Source of the DNA: Setoptus koraiensis
Taxonomy: Eukaryota; Animalia; Arthropoda
Direction of reading: 5' to 3'
NCBI GenBank assembly: GCA_048013815.1
Contig: CM106586.1
Coordinates: forward strand, 20,832,001 to 20,896,000
Length of the DNA: 64,000 nt
Shown here: one piece after another, positions 40,334 to 53,386 of the stretch
How positions within the stretch are numbered: position 1 is the stretch's first letter
Layout: each line of letters begins with the position of its first letter
Notes under the pieces: model-generated
The model's database searches: none
The model's input: the letters and a program-made list of their open reading frames with translations, nothing else
Told to the model about the DNA's origin: nothing
Program-made: the position numbers and the translations under genes

Positions 40334-41633
40334 ATGGCCCTCAGAGGCCTAAAGGTCATCGAAGTGGCTGGTCTGGCCCCAGCACCTTTCTGTGGGATGA
40401 TATTGAGTGATTTTGGTGCTGATGTTATACGAATAGAGCGGGTAAGTGGTGCGTTAGCATGAAAAAGTGATGAATCTTAACTGATGATTTATTGATTTAC
40501 ACAAACCACTCAATCCATTTTGTTTTCACTGCAGCCAGGATATTTTCAATTGGATTCATTAAAGCGTGGCAAAAGAACTGCTTCCATTGATCTGAAAAAT
40601 GAGAGGGGGAAGACTATCTTCCAAAGATTATGCACAAACTCCGATGTGCTCATCGAACCTTTTCGACCCGGGGTTATGGAACGTTTAGGTTTAGGGCCTT
40701 CATCATTGATGGATTTGAATAAACGCCTTATATATGCCAGATTATCTGGTTTCGGTCAACAGGGTGAGTACTAAACAAGGGTTCAAAGTGGCCTCTTTTG
40801 ATTCTGTTTTCTCATGTTTGGATTTTTTTTTTCGCTCAGGAAACTATGCAAATAAAGCTGGTCACGATCTTAATTATTTGGCCATATCTGGAGTGCTCTC
40901 ATTGATGTCCGGAAACGGCAAACCAACAGCACCTATCAATATGTTGGCCGACTTTGCAGGAGGGGGACAAGCATGTGCCTTGGGCATACTGACAGCCTTA
41001 TATGAAAGAAATACCTCTGGCCTGGGCCAGTTGATCGATGTCAGTATGGTCGAGGGCGCTAGATACGTTTCTAGCTACATGTGGCATACACAAAAGCCCG
41101 ATGCGCCTGCTTCCAGTTACATTTGGCCAAACAAGGGTGAGAAAGAGGCCAATCTTCTGGATGGGGGAGCTCCATTTTATACTGTATATAAGACTAAAGA
41201 TGGAAGATGGTTATCTGTAGCAGCTATAGAGCCTCAGTTTTATAAAGTGTTGCTTGGTGTTCTTGAGCTAAATGACAAAGAATTTTCCCAGTTCGAAATC
41301 GATCAATGGCCCGATCAGAAGAAAAAATTTTCCAGTATCTTTGCAACGAAATCGCTACATGATTGGACTAAAATATTCAGCGGTCATGATGCATGTGTCG
41401 AACCAGTACTTGAAATTGATGAGGCCGAAGAACATGACAAACAAAATGCGAGGCCATCTTTCTTAGACGATCATACGCCTAAACCTGCGCCATTACTGAG
41501 TAGGACTCCGGCGAAGCCCTCTTTGGTGGAGTCTAGATCTGGTGAACATACAGCTTCAGTATTGAAGGAGTTCGGTTATCTAGACAAGGAAATCGAGGAG
41601 CTCTCAAAAGATAAAGTTATTTACTGTGACTAG
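40334..41633 (+). CDS. AMACR: Alpha-methylacyl-CoA racemase (CoA-transferase family III); exons 40334-40441, 40535-40763, 40840-41633
   Basis: [36 protein letters not shown]|PG...[19 protein letters not shown]...[12 protein letters not shown]|[21 protein letters not shown]...[10 protein letters not shown]...[18 protein letters not shown]; frame-preserving introns. Confidence 0.93.
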
Positions 41634-42508
41634 AGTAAAGAGACACATTGGTGACGACCCATAATTGTAGTGTTGGTCGTTCTTTGAAAGCAAAAAGTTT
41701 TAGTAATAATCCTTGGTGCTTTCTCGGCAGTTTATTTGGTGTCCAAAGCAGTAATTTTATAATTCTAACTGCACAGAGCCTTAGAGTAGCGTTACATGTC
41801 TATACTATCTTCTTGTTTGAATTTTCAGTTGCATCTTTAGATCTTTCCTTCAGATCACCTAGTCTATTGTGATCGCATCCATCTCGATGCAACACACGGA
41901 AAGTTGGCATAATAGAGACCCGTTAAATAGAGGGCATCAAAAGTAATCTATGATAAATGAAATAAATAAAGAGTCCCATACTTTATTGTATAACTGAGCT
42001 ATGTAGACAGTAACACATATACATAATCAAGGCGTGTATATGTGTGACCTGTCATGTTACCACAAGTTCTATAAAAATTCTCTCTTCAAGCATTTCAAAT
42101 GAGTTCTGGTCATTGTTCAATTCTTTACAAAATCTATTCAGATCTTCGAATGAAAGATCCGAAGTTTGTCAGTGTTAAACATCCTGGGCGTAAACACTGA
42201 TTACCTGATTTATTGTTCATGTAAATACTCAGACTGTTTGTCCTAAACCTCATGACATGTACAGAACAGAATTCTCACTATTTCCTGAAGCCATTGTCCA
42301 CTAAAAGGGTACAATCTGTATTCTCGAAAATACCGTCTATACAACTATCGTTAGTTCGTTGCTATCTTTTTTCTCTCCTTCATCCGTACTGACGCGATAC
42401 TAACTTCGGCATACTACGGTTGTGATCGTCGATTTTTTCGAATACCAATTTAAGTATTGTTTATCGTTACGTAATCAACAAGATTTAACTCGAATGTATT
42501 AAACTATT

Positions 42509-44746
42509 ATGGGTCCTCAAGTACCTAAGGGAGTATTGATTGCCCATCGCATCTATTTATTATCAACGAGCTTTGTGATACTAACGGCAGTGACATCCAA
42601 TACTCTGGTTCAAATTTGTTTATGTGGACAAGCAAAATATAGTACGAGAGCTGTACATAATAACCTTAAGACCAATGTATCTACTGTGCAATCAGAATCT
42701 AACGAAACAGTGCCGATAATCAGTTATAGCAACAATCCATTCACAAGTAGTGGTTCTGCAAGTCTCAGTTCAAATATACAAACGCTAAATCAGCAACAAC
42801 AGACTCGTTCAACAGAGCAAGATTTGATCGATGATTCAGCCCCTCCATCCTTGTTGGGGACTTCTCTTGAATCGATAGTTGGCAAGAGCAAATTATCTGA
42901 CACGCGATTCAAGAATTATCAGTCGGGTGTTCCTAAAAATGAGGGCCTGACAGTATGGTCGATACATTACGATGAAGATTCATCTACCGGAACCAGTGTT
43001 TCATCAAAAGCGCCTTTCGAGACCACTACCACGTCCTATAATTTCCTGAACAACCTCACATATTTCGATGATGATAAAGTTGCTGCAAAAGGTGTTAAAA
43101 ATGATAACAACAGTGGCACAACAACTAATTCGAATCAGCTATTGTGGAACTTGATTCAGACTAATAATAAAGATTATGATCGTTCCCCTTCGAAACTGAG
43201 TGGTAACTCAATCTTGCCATTGGAAAACTACAAACAAACAAGTTACCCTTTAAGATTAAGAGATCACTTATCTACTGTGATAACAAATTCTGCTCCATCT
43301 GCTAACGCAATTGAGGGTGGCCAAGGAGGTTCCGGTTCTTCATACAGCCATGAACCATTGAAAGTAGTTAATTCACGCATAGATTCGTATAACAATCAAG
43401 CAACTAGATACAGTAACGTCATAAGCACTTCCGGTCTGAAAAATGGCCAACAACAAAGACGGAGAAAACGGAAGAGGCCAGTGTCATCGAATCATCATGT
43501 CGATGCTGATTTCAACTATGATCAATACTACAAAAAGCAATCTGATAGTAAATATGATCAAGATACCAACAATCGTGACACAAGCTATGCCAATTTTTAC
43601 GCTCCCGAAGCAACCTCAACTAACAGAAACAAACATAGATCAGCTTACTACAACAAGAATGATGGTCAACCAATTATAGAATCGTATCAGATAGACAATC
43701 ATGATGACATTGGCGATTATGACACCGATACTACACAAGATGATGCATCGCCAGCGAGTCAGCTAAATAAGTTGAATAAAAAATTTTATCATTCGCCTGA
43801 TTATGACCAAATTGGTGGTTCCAAGTATCAAAAGACATCCAATATTAGACCCTATATTTCAAGTGTAACAGCCGATAACTTACGTTATCGTCCCTATGAA
43901 TCTTTGTATCATAAAGATGAAGGTTATCCCATCGCAGATAGCATATATTCTGGTAAAGGCAGAGATTCAGTTTATCCACCTTATAATCAATATAATTCTG
44001 CTTCCATGATACAATCCTATCATGAGCCATCATCGAAACTAGACCGTCATCATTACGATTACATACCGCCTCGGCTAGTTTCTTCCTCGAATGGAGACTA
44101 TGCAATAAGCGCAAAAGCTAGAGATTACATGCAAATGCTACCGGCTAAACATGCCACAATACATATACATAAGTCGGTAGCCAGCAAAAAGAAAAGCTAC
44201 GATAAATACATTTGGCCTTTGGTTGGAGGAGCAGTTGTTCTACTACTCGGCTTTCTCATCCTATCAAACATTCTACTATCTTTGCCACTCTTGGCATTAG
44301 GTGCTCAATCATTGTTTGGTGGTGGAGGTGGTCAACAACAATTGATACCTGTCTACAATATATCACAAGCTGCGAGGCCAACTGGCCGTAAAAAGAGACG
44401 GCGTCGTCGAAAGCGAGAAGCAAAAGCAGATATCCTGAAATTAGGTGATGGTGTCGATGTCAGGGAATTGCTGAAACAAATTCAACAAGCTATCGAGAAG
44501 GTGACCAGCGATGGTAATCAGCAACACGACAATAGTATTATGACCGATATAAGCAACAAAGGAATACGTCTGATGAGGCAGGCTATGATGTTTGTTCAAC
44601 CTGTTGATAACGTAACAATGAATCTTCCGTTGAATGCACTTTACTATGGTACGGCCAACAACAATCCTATTTCAATTCCAAACGCCAGTCCACCTCAGAT
44701 GGCCTCAAATGTTAACACTGGTTCTAAACTGGGATTTTGCATGTAG
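42509..44746 (+). CDS. Uncharacterised 745-aa precursor: N-terminal hydrophobic segment, long Ser/Asn/Tyr/Asp-rich region, one hydrophobic helix, polybasic (furin-like) sites
   Basis: ATG-initiated 2.2-kb ORF with IYLLSTSFVILTAVTS, YIWPLVGGAVVLLLGFLILSNILLSLPLLALG, RRRKRKR and GRKKRRRRRKRE. Confidence 0.75.
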   Translation: MGPQVPKGVLIAHRIYLLSTSFVILTAVTSNTLVQICLCGQAKYSTRAVHNNLKTNVSTVQSESNETVPIISYSNNPFTSSGSASLSSNIQTLNQQQQTRSTEQDLIDDSAPPSLLGTSLESIVGKSKLSDTRFKNYQSGVPKNEGLTVWSIHYDEDSSTGTSVSSKAPFETTTTSYNFLNNLTYFDDDKVAAKGVKNDNNSGTTTNSNQLLWNLIQTNNKDYDRSPSKLSGNSILPLENYKQTSYPLRLRDHLSTVITNSAPSANAIEGGQGGSGSSYSHEPLKVVNSRIDSYNNQATRYSNVISTSGLKNGQQQRRRKRKRPVSSNHHVDADFNYDQYYKKQSDSKYDQDTNNRDTSYANFYAPEATSTNRNKHRSAYYNKNDGQPIIESYQIDNHDDIGDYDTDTTQDDASPASQLNKLNKKFYHSPDYDQIGGSKYQKTSNIRPYISSVTADNLRYRPYESLYHKDEGYPIADSIYSGKGRDSVYPPYNQYNSASMIQSYHEPSSKLDRHHYDYIPPRLVSSSNGDYAISAKARDYMQMLPAKHATIHIHKSVASKKKSYDKYIWPLVGGAVVLLLGFLILSNILLSLPLLALGAQSLFGGGGGQQQLIPVYNISQAARPTGRKKRRRRRKREAKADILKLGDGVDVRELLKQIQQAIEKVTSDGNQQHDNSIMTDISNKGIRLMRQAMMFVQPVDNVTMNLPLNALYYGTANNNPISIPNASPPQMASNVNTGSKLGFCM

Positions 44747-44949
44747 AATGTTGTTCGTGGCTTCGCCTAAATAAGTAAACTATTTGATTGTAAACTAATA
44801 GCGCTGAATCAATGATCATTTTATTAATTAAAATTGCCTCGACAAGTAATTTTTTACAATAATCATGATGCCTAGGATTGGCATACTGTATACAAGGAGA
44901 CGAGTCAGAATGAATTTATTTGCATAATCAATTGAATGAATTCTCATTA

Positions 44950-45648
44950 CTAGGAGATGGTTCCTTCAGCCAGGTCAATAATTTTTGGTAAATGTATCTG
45001 CTTCCTTAACAGCTCATTCTGAGTCCAAAGCAATAATTTGATTAATGTAACCAGACGGGGCTTTGGAGTGGTGATTGATCCATTTCTTTGGATTTTTAGT
45101 ATGATATTATTTATCTCGGATGCTAATTTTTGACGGTGAGAAATCTGCAGTAGCTCGGCATATGGACTGGTGTCTGGTTTGTCGAATGCCAACAATACCA
45201 TAGTGCGCTCTAATTCGCTTATCTGGGTCTCAGATTCAACATTGACCAGGTTACTGACATAGTCCAAGACTTCGTTGATTTTTTGTTTACGAATAAGTTC
45301 TTTCAGATGTTGTAATTGAAGTTTAAAGTAGATGTCTTTATGATTAGCGAATATTTCAGGATAATATTTATTGATCAATGCCTCGCCACTTAGGATTTCG
45401 CCATCCTCAAGCCTCGTCTTAATTTGCACCCGCCTGTCTAACAACTCTGGATCTTCACCTGCAGCAGGGCAATCTTCTTGTTCTAGATGTTCCATGTCTA
45501 TTCCGGCTTCTTCTTTGAATTTTTCAGCTGCCTCCTTGAACCCCTCGTGTATCAAGTAGTCCATTATAATCTTATTCATCTCAATGCGATTTATAGATAT
45601 CGAATCCAACTGACTGAACCACTGTTGTTTATTGGGTTGTGACTGCAT
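44950..45648 (-). CDS. GID8: GID8/TWA1 subunit of the CTLH E3 ligase (LisH-CTLH-CRA)
   Basis: MNKIIMDYLIHEGFKEAAEKFKEEAG (LisH), YPEIF...IYFKLQLQHLKELIR (CTLH), ELERTMVLLAFDKPDTSPYAELL...RQKLASEIN...PRLVTLIKLLLWTQNEL (CRA). First ATG at 45648. Confidence 0.88.
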   Translation of the reverse strand: MQSQPNKQQWFSQLDSISINRIEMNKIIMDYLIHEGFKEAAEKFKEEAGIDMEHLEQEDCPAAGEDPELLDRRVQIKTRLEDGEILSGEALINKYYPEIFANHKDIYFKLQLQHLKELIRKQKINEVLDYVSNLVNVESETQISELERTMVLLAFDKPDTSPYAELLQISHRQKLASEINNIILKIQRNGSITTPKPRLVTLIKLLLWTQNELLRKQIHLPKIIDLAEGTIS

Positions 45649-46210
45649 TGTATGATGCACCTCGTGGCAAAATTATGAATTTGGATTGTTTTGTGAAAAT
45701 ATAGGGGATCTGAGCTTGATCTGTAAGGTCTTATGAAATTGACCAACATTCACCAACTGCTGGTAAACAGAGAGATACAAATGGTTGTTCAGAATAAATA
45801 AGCATGTAATAGTAGTAGTGATAGATCTTTGATAAACATAATTGTGAAGAATAATAGTTGTTGTATGTTAGTCGATTATGTTGAAACAGATTGTTTTTTC
45901 CATACCAGTAAACGTAGAATATCCTACCACTTACAATTGTTTGGCAATAAAAACTGCTCTCATGTCCGCAGATTTGTCGAGAATCAGCCGGTAGTGCAGA
46001 TTTTCCTCTCTTTTTGTTTGTGTTTTGCAACTGCAGATAACTGACGGTGCAGCTCATCCTGCAGTTATCGGAAGCTGTAGTGTGCCTATGTGTCACAACT
46101 TATTGCATTTTTACTAGCAAAGAAATCACGAATTGGTCAGTATTTGTTTACCATTACATATTTTTTTACTCAAAACTTCCAGATCATCAATCATAGGATC
46201 AATCTTAATC

Positions 46211-47122
46211 ATGGAGGCCACATCTGAGATTTGGATCAATGCGATGGCTTCAGTTCTTTTCATAAGTGCAGCCCCAGCTCTATTATTGATAATATTGCCT
46301 ATAGATCATAGAGTGGAACACCAGATGCATCTGAAAAAACTGCTTGCTATAGCTGCCGGCTGTCTACTTGGAGATGCTTTTCTCCACCTTATACCACAAT
46401 CGAGAGAAAACTCGGAGGACCATCACGACCATGAACATGAACATCATGATCATCATCATGACCACGATCACGGCCACAACCACGGTCATGGCCATAGTCA
46501 TAGTCACGGCCATGGCCATGGGCACTCTCATGATATGTCAGGTCTGAAAATTTTGTCCGGAATGATGGTATTTCTTATCATGGAGAAGCTTATCTATGCC
46601 ATCAAACCTCATCTAGGACACGATCATTCCCATGGGACTGAAAAAGCAAAGAAAAAGAAAAACGATGATTACAAGGGGATCCAAGTATCTGGATGGTTGA
46701 ATTTGACAGCAGACTTCCTGCATAATTTCACCGATGGATTAGCTATTGGAGCATCTTTTTTGGCTGGCAACAAGGTTGGACTCAGTACATCATTTGCTAT
46801 ATTCTTGCATGAGGTTCCTCATGAGATTGGAGACTACGCTATTCTGATTCAATCAGGTTGTACCAAAAAGAAAGCGATCTTACTACAATTAGTGACTGCG
46901 CTCGGTGCATGCTCTGGGACCCTGCTGAGTCTTTATTTGGGCTCATTAGGTGACGAGACAAGTTCCTGGGTTTTACCATTCACCGCTGGAGGCTTTATCT
47001 ACATAGCTACTGTCCATCTCATTCCACAACTGAAAAGTTCCAACTTTAGACAAACCATCTGGGAGCTGGCAGGTATAGTTGGGGGAGTGGGCATTATGTA
47101 CTCAATGGCGCTCCTCGAATAA
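46211..47122 (+). CDS. SLC39A7: ZIP (SLC39) zinc transporter, ZIP7/KE4/Catsup-like, intronless
   Basis: LFISAAP, AAGCLLGDAFLHLIP, His-rich loop, GWLNLTADFLHNFTDGLAIGASF, HEVPHEIGDYAILIQSGC, WVLPFTAGGFIYIATV. Confidence 0.88.
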   Translation: MEATSEIWINAMASVLFISAAPALLLIILPIDHRVEHQMHLKKLLAIAAGCLLGDAFLHLIPQSRENSEDHHDHEHEHHDHHHDHDHGHNHGHGHSHSHGHGHGHSHDMSGLKILSGMMVFLIMEKLIYAIKPHLGHDHSHGTEKAKKKKNDDYKGIQVSGWLNLTADFLHNFTDGLAIGASFLAGNKVGLSTSFAIFLHEVPHEIGDYAILIQSGCTKKKAILLQLVTALGACSGTLLSLYLGSLGDETSSWVLPFTAGGFIYIATVHLIPQLKSSNFRQTIWELAGIVGGVGIMYSMALLE

Positions 47123-47214
47123 ATATGCGACAGTTTAATGCACTATTGATTAAAAACATAACTCGATATACTCCTTTACAATTCATACTGAAATGTGACT
47201 TTAATTTTAGAATA

Positions 47215-48192
47215 CTACATCTCAAAATCAATGTACTTTGAGTCGAACCTATGCACACGGACGTAACCGTCCTCTCCGCCACTCGCATATCCATAACCAT
47301 CAGGGTGAAATGCAAGAGAATTGATTGGACCGAAATGACCTTTTACACGAGCAAATTCTTCTTCATATATCATGTGGAAAAATCTAGCTTCAAATTTACC
47401 AGACTGCGTTGCTGTTGTCGTGACCTCCATCGCCTCTTGACCACCTCCCACAACCACATGTTCTCTGATAGGCGATATGGCAGCGGAATTTACTGGCCTG
47501 TCTGTCTGGTATGTTTTTAGTTTATCCAGTGTTTCCATATCGAACAATTTGGCTGTTCTATCTTTGCTTGCAGTTATAAACATGGTGCAATCTTGGCTCG
47601 CTTGTAAATCAGTTAATGCTGAAGAGTGAGCTTGAGGACTAACAACAAGTTGCTCACCTGGATTTCTTATATCCCATTTAATCAGAGTTCCAGACTCGTT
47701 ACCTGTTACAAATGTTCTGTCTAAAGGTCCCCAAAGAGAACAGGTCGGTTTCTCTTTTTTCTCTAGTTCATGCTTGAATGCTGCGTTGTCCTCGTGTAGA
47801 TGTGAAGGGTCATTAATGTCTATAATAACTAATTTGGGGTTGACATTCATGGTACTATCCGTTGTATAAAGGACTTGTTTTCCTGAGAAGCTGAAAGAAC
47901 AACTCCTGGTTGCATTTTTGGTTTCAACCCTAGAAATTAGTTTGCCTGTTTCGGCGTCCCAAATAAATAAAGCCTCAGAACCGGCACCGATGACCGTTGT
48001 TGTGGAATAGTCGACGTCAATCGACCAGACTACACCGTTCGGTACTGAGTAATTGCCGATACGTTGTCCTGTTTGAGAATACCACACACTTGGAATAGTA
48101 TCCTTAGCAGCACTAAAAATCAGATCTCCGTCGGCATTGAATCGAATTTTCGTTATAGCTCTGGTGTGACCGTGTAGAGCTAGAGGCTTCAT
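47215..48192 (-). CDS. EIF3I: Eukaryotic translation initiation factor 3 subunit I (WD40); CDS intronless, with a 5'UTR intron at 48305-48221
   Basis: MKPLALHGHTRAITKIRFNADGDLIF...DRPVNSAAISP..HVVVGGGQEAMEVTTT...FEARFFH..EEEFARVKGHFGPINSLAFHPDG..YASGGEDGYVRVH. Confidence 0.95.
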   Translation of the reverse strand: MKPLALHGHTRAITKIRFNADGDLIFSAAKDTIPSVWYSQTGQRIGNYSVPNGVVWSIDVDYSTTTVIGAGSEALFIWDAETGKLISRVETKNATRSCSFSFSGKQVLYTTDSTMNVNPKLVIIDINDPSHLHEDNAAFKHELEKKEKPTCSLWGPLDRTFVTGNESGTLIKWDIRNPGEQLVVSPQAHSSALTDLQASQDCTMFITASKDRTAKLFDMETLDKLKTYQTDRPVNSAAISPIREHVVVGGGQEAMEVTTTATQSGKFEARFFHMIYEEEFARVKGHFGPINSLAFHPDGYGYASGGEDGYVRVHRFDSKYIDFEM

Positions 48193-48464
48193 ATTGTATT
48201 TCTATTTCCTGGCCTTTATCCTAGAGAATACAGAATAATTTTCTTTGTATATATATTGTATTTTATATAAATCAACAAGAGCGCTTATCTTTAATTTGGC
48301 CTTACTTGGTGTAATCTCGCTTATTTAATACTGCCTGTGCACACGCACATAAACTTATTGGGTACTTCCGCTGTGCTCTCATAGTCAGCATTTTTTCATT
48401 GTTGAATTACGCGCCATGAGGTTTCAAAAATGAGATCAACTGACAAGGTAGGCTAACGCAAATC

Positions 48465-48670
48465 GTACTGGGTGTAATAACAGTTCTTGCATACTTTCTG
48501 TGCGAGTTTTTGTGCACACAAAGCTGGAGTTCATGTCTGTGCGTAATTTAGTCAATTTTGTGCATGCCATCTGAATGTATTTTGTACTATTCGTCTATAT
48601 GGATAAAGCACAAGGAGGTTTTTTGTGCGTGGGCACAGACAGTATGAAAGAAGTGAGATTACACCCAGTA
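48465..48670. promoter_or_regulatory. Promoter cassette with inverted ~38-bp ends in the eIF3i/PSMC4 bidirectional promoter
   Basis: tactgggtgtaataacagttcttgcatactttctgtgc (48466) versus the reverse complement of the right end, tactgggtgtaatctcacttctttcatactgtctgtgc (ends 48670). Confidence 0.75.
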
Positions 48671-48787
48671 AGCCAGGATTGCAGACTCACATCATTATTA
48701 TTAATTTCTAAACATTATTGAGCCGGGACAGACGTCTTTTATTTTGAAAGATTATTTAGGAACAAGGCCAGGAAACAAACATACAAA

Positions 48788-50068
48788 ATGGTTAGTTGCA
48801 CTTAAATACATACCTTTTCGATACATTGTTTCTCAATATGATTCTCATGACATTCTTCTCACCATGACTCTAAACAGAAACCACTAACTCTACATGGACC
48901 AGATGTTTGCGGATCTGATATCGACGATCTCTATATAAAATATAAGAAACTACAAAGACAGTTGGAATTTTTGCAGGTGCAAGAAGAATATATCAAGGAT
49001 GAACAAAAAAACTTGAAAAAAGAATACCTCCATGCCCAAGAAGAGGTCAAGCGTATTCAGAGCGTACCTTTAGTCATTGGTCAATTCCTAGAGGCTGTCG
49101 ACGCTAACACAGGTATCGTTGGCTCTACAACAGGTAACAACTATTATGTTCGCATATTGTCCACTATAGATAGAGAATTATTGAAACCATCAGCAAGTGT
49201 TGCGTTGCACAAGCATTCCAATGCTGTTGTTGACGTGCTACCTCCTGAGGCCGACTCTAGCATAACTATGTTGAGACCCGATGAAAAACCCGATGTCACT
49301 TATGCTGACATTGGTGGTTTGGACATACAAAAGCAAGAGATAAGAGAGGCCGTTGAATTACCTTTGACTCATTTTGAACTGTACCAACAAATCGGTATTG
49401 ACCCTCCCCGTGGTGTACTTATGTATGGACCTCCCGGTGTTGGTAAAACAATGTTGGCAAAAGCTGTTGCACATCATACAACAGCCTCATTCATTAGGGT
49501 TGTCGGGTCAGAGTTTGTGCAAAAATATCTAGGAGAAGGTCCTAGAATGGTTAGAGATGTCTTTAGGCTGGCCAGGGAGAACGCACCATCAATCATATTC
49601 ATAGACGAAATAGATGCTATCGCCACACGTAGATTTGATGCTCAGACTGGCGCTGATCGTGAAGTGCAACGAATATTACTCGAGTTATTAAACCAAATGG
49701 ATGGTTTTGATCAAACTACAAATATCAAGGTTATTATGGCAACAAATAGAGCTGATACACTTGATCCAGCTCTATTGCGTCCTGGTAGATTAGATCGTAA
49801 AATAGAATTTCCTATGCCTGATCGTAGACAGAAACGATTGATATTCTCTACAATTACCGCCAAGATGAACTTAAGTGATGAAGTAGACCTTGAAGATTAT
49901 GTAGCAAGACCCGATAAGCTTTCTGGTGCGGACATTAACGCCATTTGTCAGGAGGCTGGCATGCATGCCGTTCGCGAGAATCGTTACGTGATCTTACCAA
50001 AGGACTTTGAGAAAGGCTATAAGAACAATACTAAGAAGAACGAATCAGAACACGAGTTTTACAGGTGA
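48788..50068 (+). CDS. PSMC4: 26S proteasome AAA-ATPase Rpt3 (exon: ATG only 48788-48790; intron 48791-48877; exon 48878-50068; 5'UTR intron 48668-48759)
   Basis: [71 protein letters not shown]|gttagt...ctaaacag|AAA is in frame. Confidence 0.95.
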
Positions 50069-50412
50069 TGATATAGATTGATTCGTGAATAAAAATGTTT
50101 CAGATCGGGCGCTTTAATAGATTTTATTCCCGCTTATCTCATTATCGTCTGTACAATTCAACATATTTTATTTTCTTGTGCACAAAAACCGCTGAATTAA
50201 TTGCAAAGAGGCGAGACTCGGTGTTGAAGTGAATAAATTTAGATTCCCTTACTCGATTACACCTGTCTCAGTCAATAGTGTTAAATCCACGCGCTAGATG
50301 TCATTGTATTGCACGCCCACTCATGTGTTTTGTGCTTGTTGTAATTCAAGACAAGTGCATTCATGTAATCTCTCGAATATCGCTATCTCGACTTTGGATT
50401 ATCGTGCACTAA

Positions 50413-52377
<1,965 letters not shown>

Positions 52378-53353
52378 TCGTTTGTTGTTGTTTTTTTATA
52401 ATATTATCATTTTACATGGTCACCTCTTATAAATAGGGCTTCTTGTCCATTCGTGGATACATACATTTGCTATATCCCACTATTATAGAGTCCAGCGATA
52501 CTCGGGAGAGGCAAAATCACCACAACTGAGAATCAGTAAGAGGCAAACAATCAAATACATCATAGTGGTTTTTTTCATGTCTTAATCTTTCAAGTGCATA
52601 TCCTTCATGAATTGCCTTGTAGGCTCTACAAACACACACATTACTTCCTACAGATAGTTCTTCCTCACCTTATGTTTACACTACTAGTGATAATAATCAA
52701 TAATTGGGCTCAGCAAATAAACCACATGATTATCGCACTCGTCCTCTCTTTTGTTTACCTGTTTGAATACAATTAGTCCTGTTAACTTATACACAATAGA
52801 GAAACAGTAGTGGTAATTGCTCATATCCTACACAGTGTGTTTTTATAAATAAATCTAGTTAGGTTAGCACTCTCGTTTCACAAAAGTCCCTCCTGGTTTC
52901 GTCCCAATAGATGACATACCTCTACAGGCATAGTTGTTATCTTGATCGAGCATCAACAAATTGATACAGACAGGTATACAGTTTTGTATTATTCCATTGT
53001 TGGCTGACAAAATATTGATGTGGTGGCATAAGTAGGAGGCTAGTGTATTGAAGAGATAGCACTTTTTAACGAGTTGCCAATCATGGCTCAGGATCACTGT
53101 TCACACGAGATGGTCAGAGATACAATAAGAAAACTTATGTGTGATGGTTTCAGGTATTCTTCTCCTCGGCGATTAGTGGGTAAACGACTACCAACTAGAG
53201 CACTGCGCAAAAGGTAAATGAAGCATTCAATGGATATGAATCAATTAGAGAGTTAATAGTCAGTTCATTTGGAAGCATTTACCATTTATTTGCTACCAGA
53301 GGTGAAGTAGTTTGAATAGAGAGCGATTGAGTGGCATGCCAATCATTTTTTCA

Positions 53354-53386
<33 letters not shown>

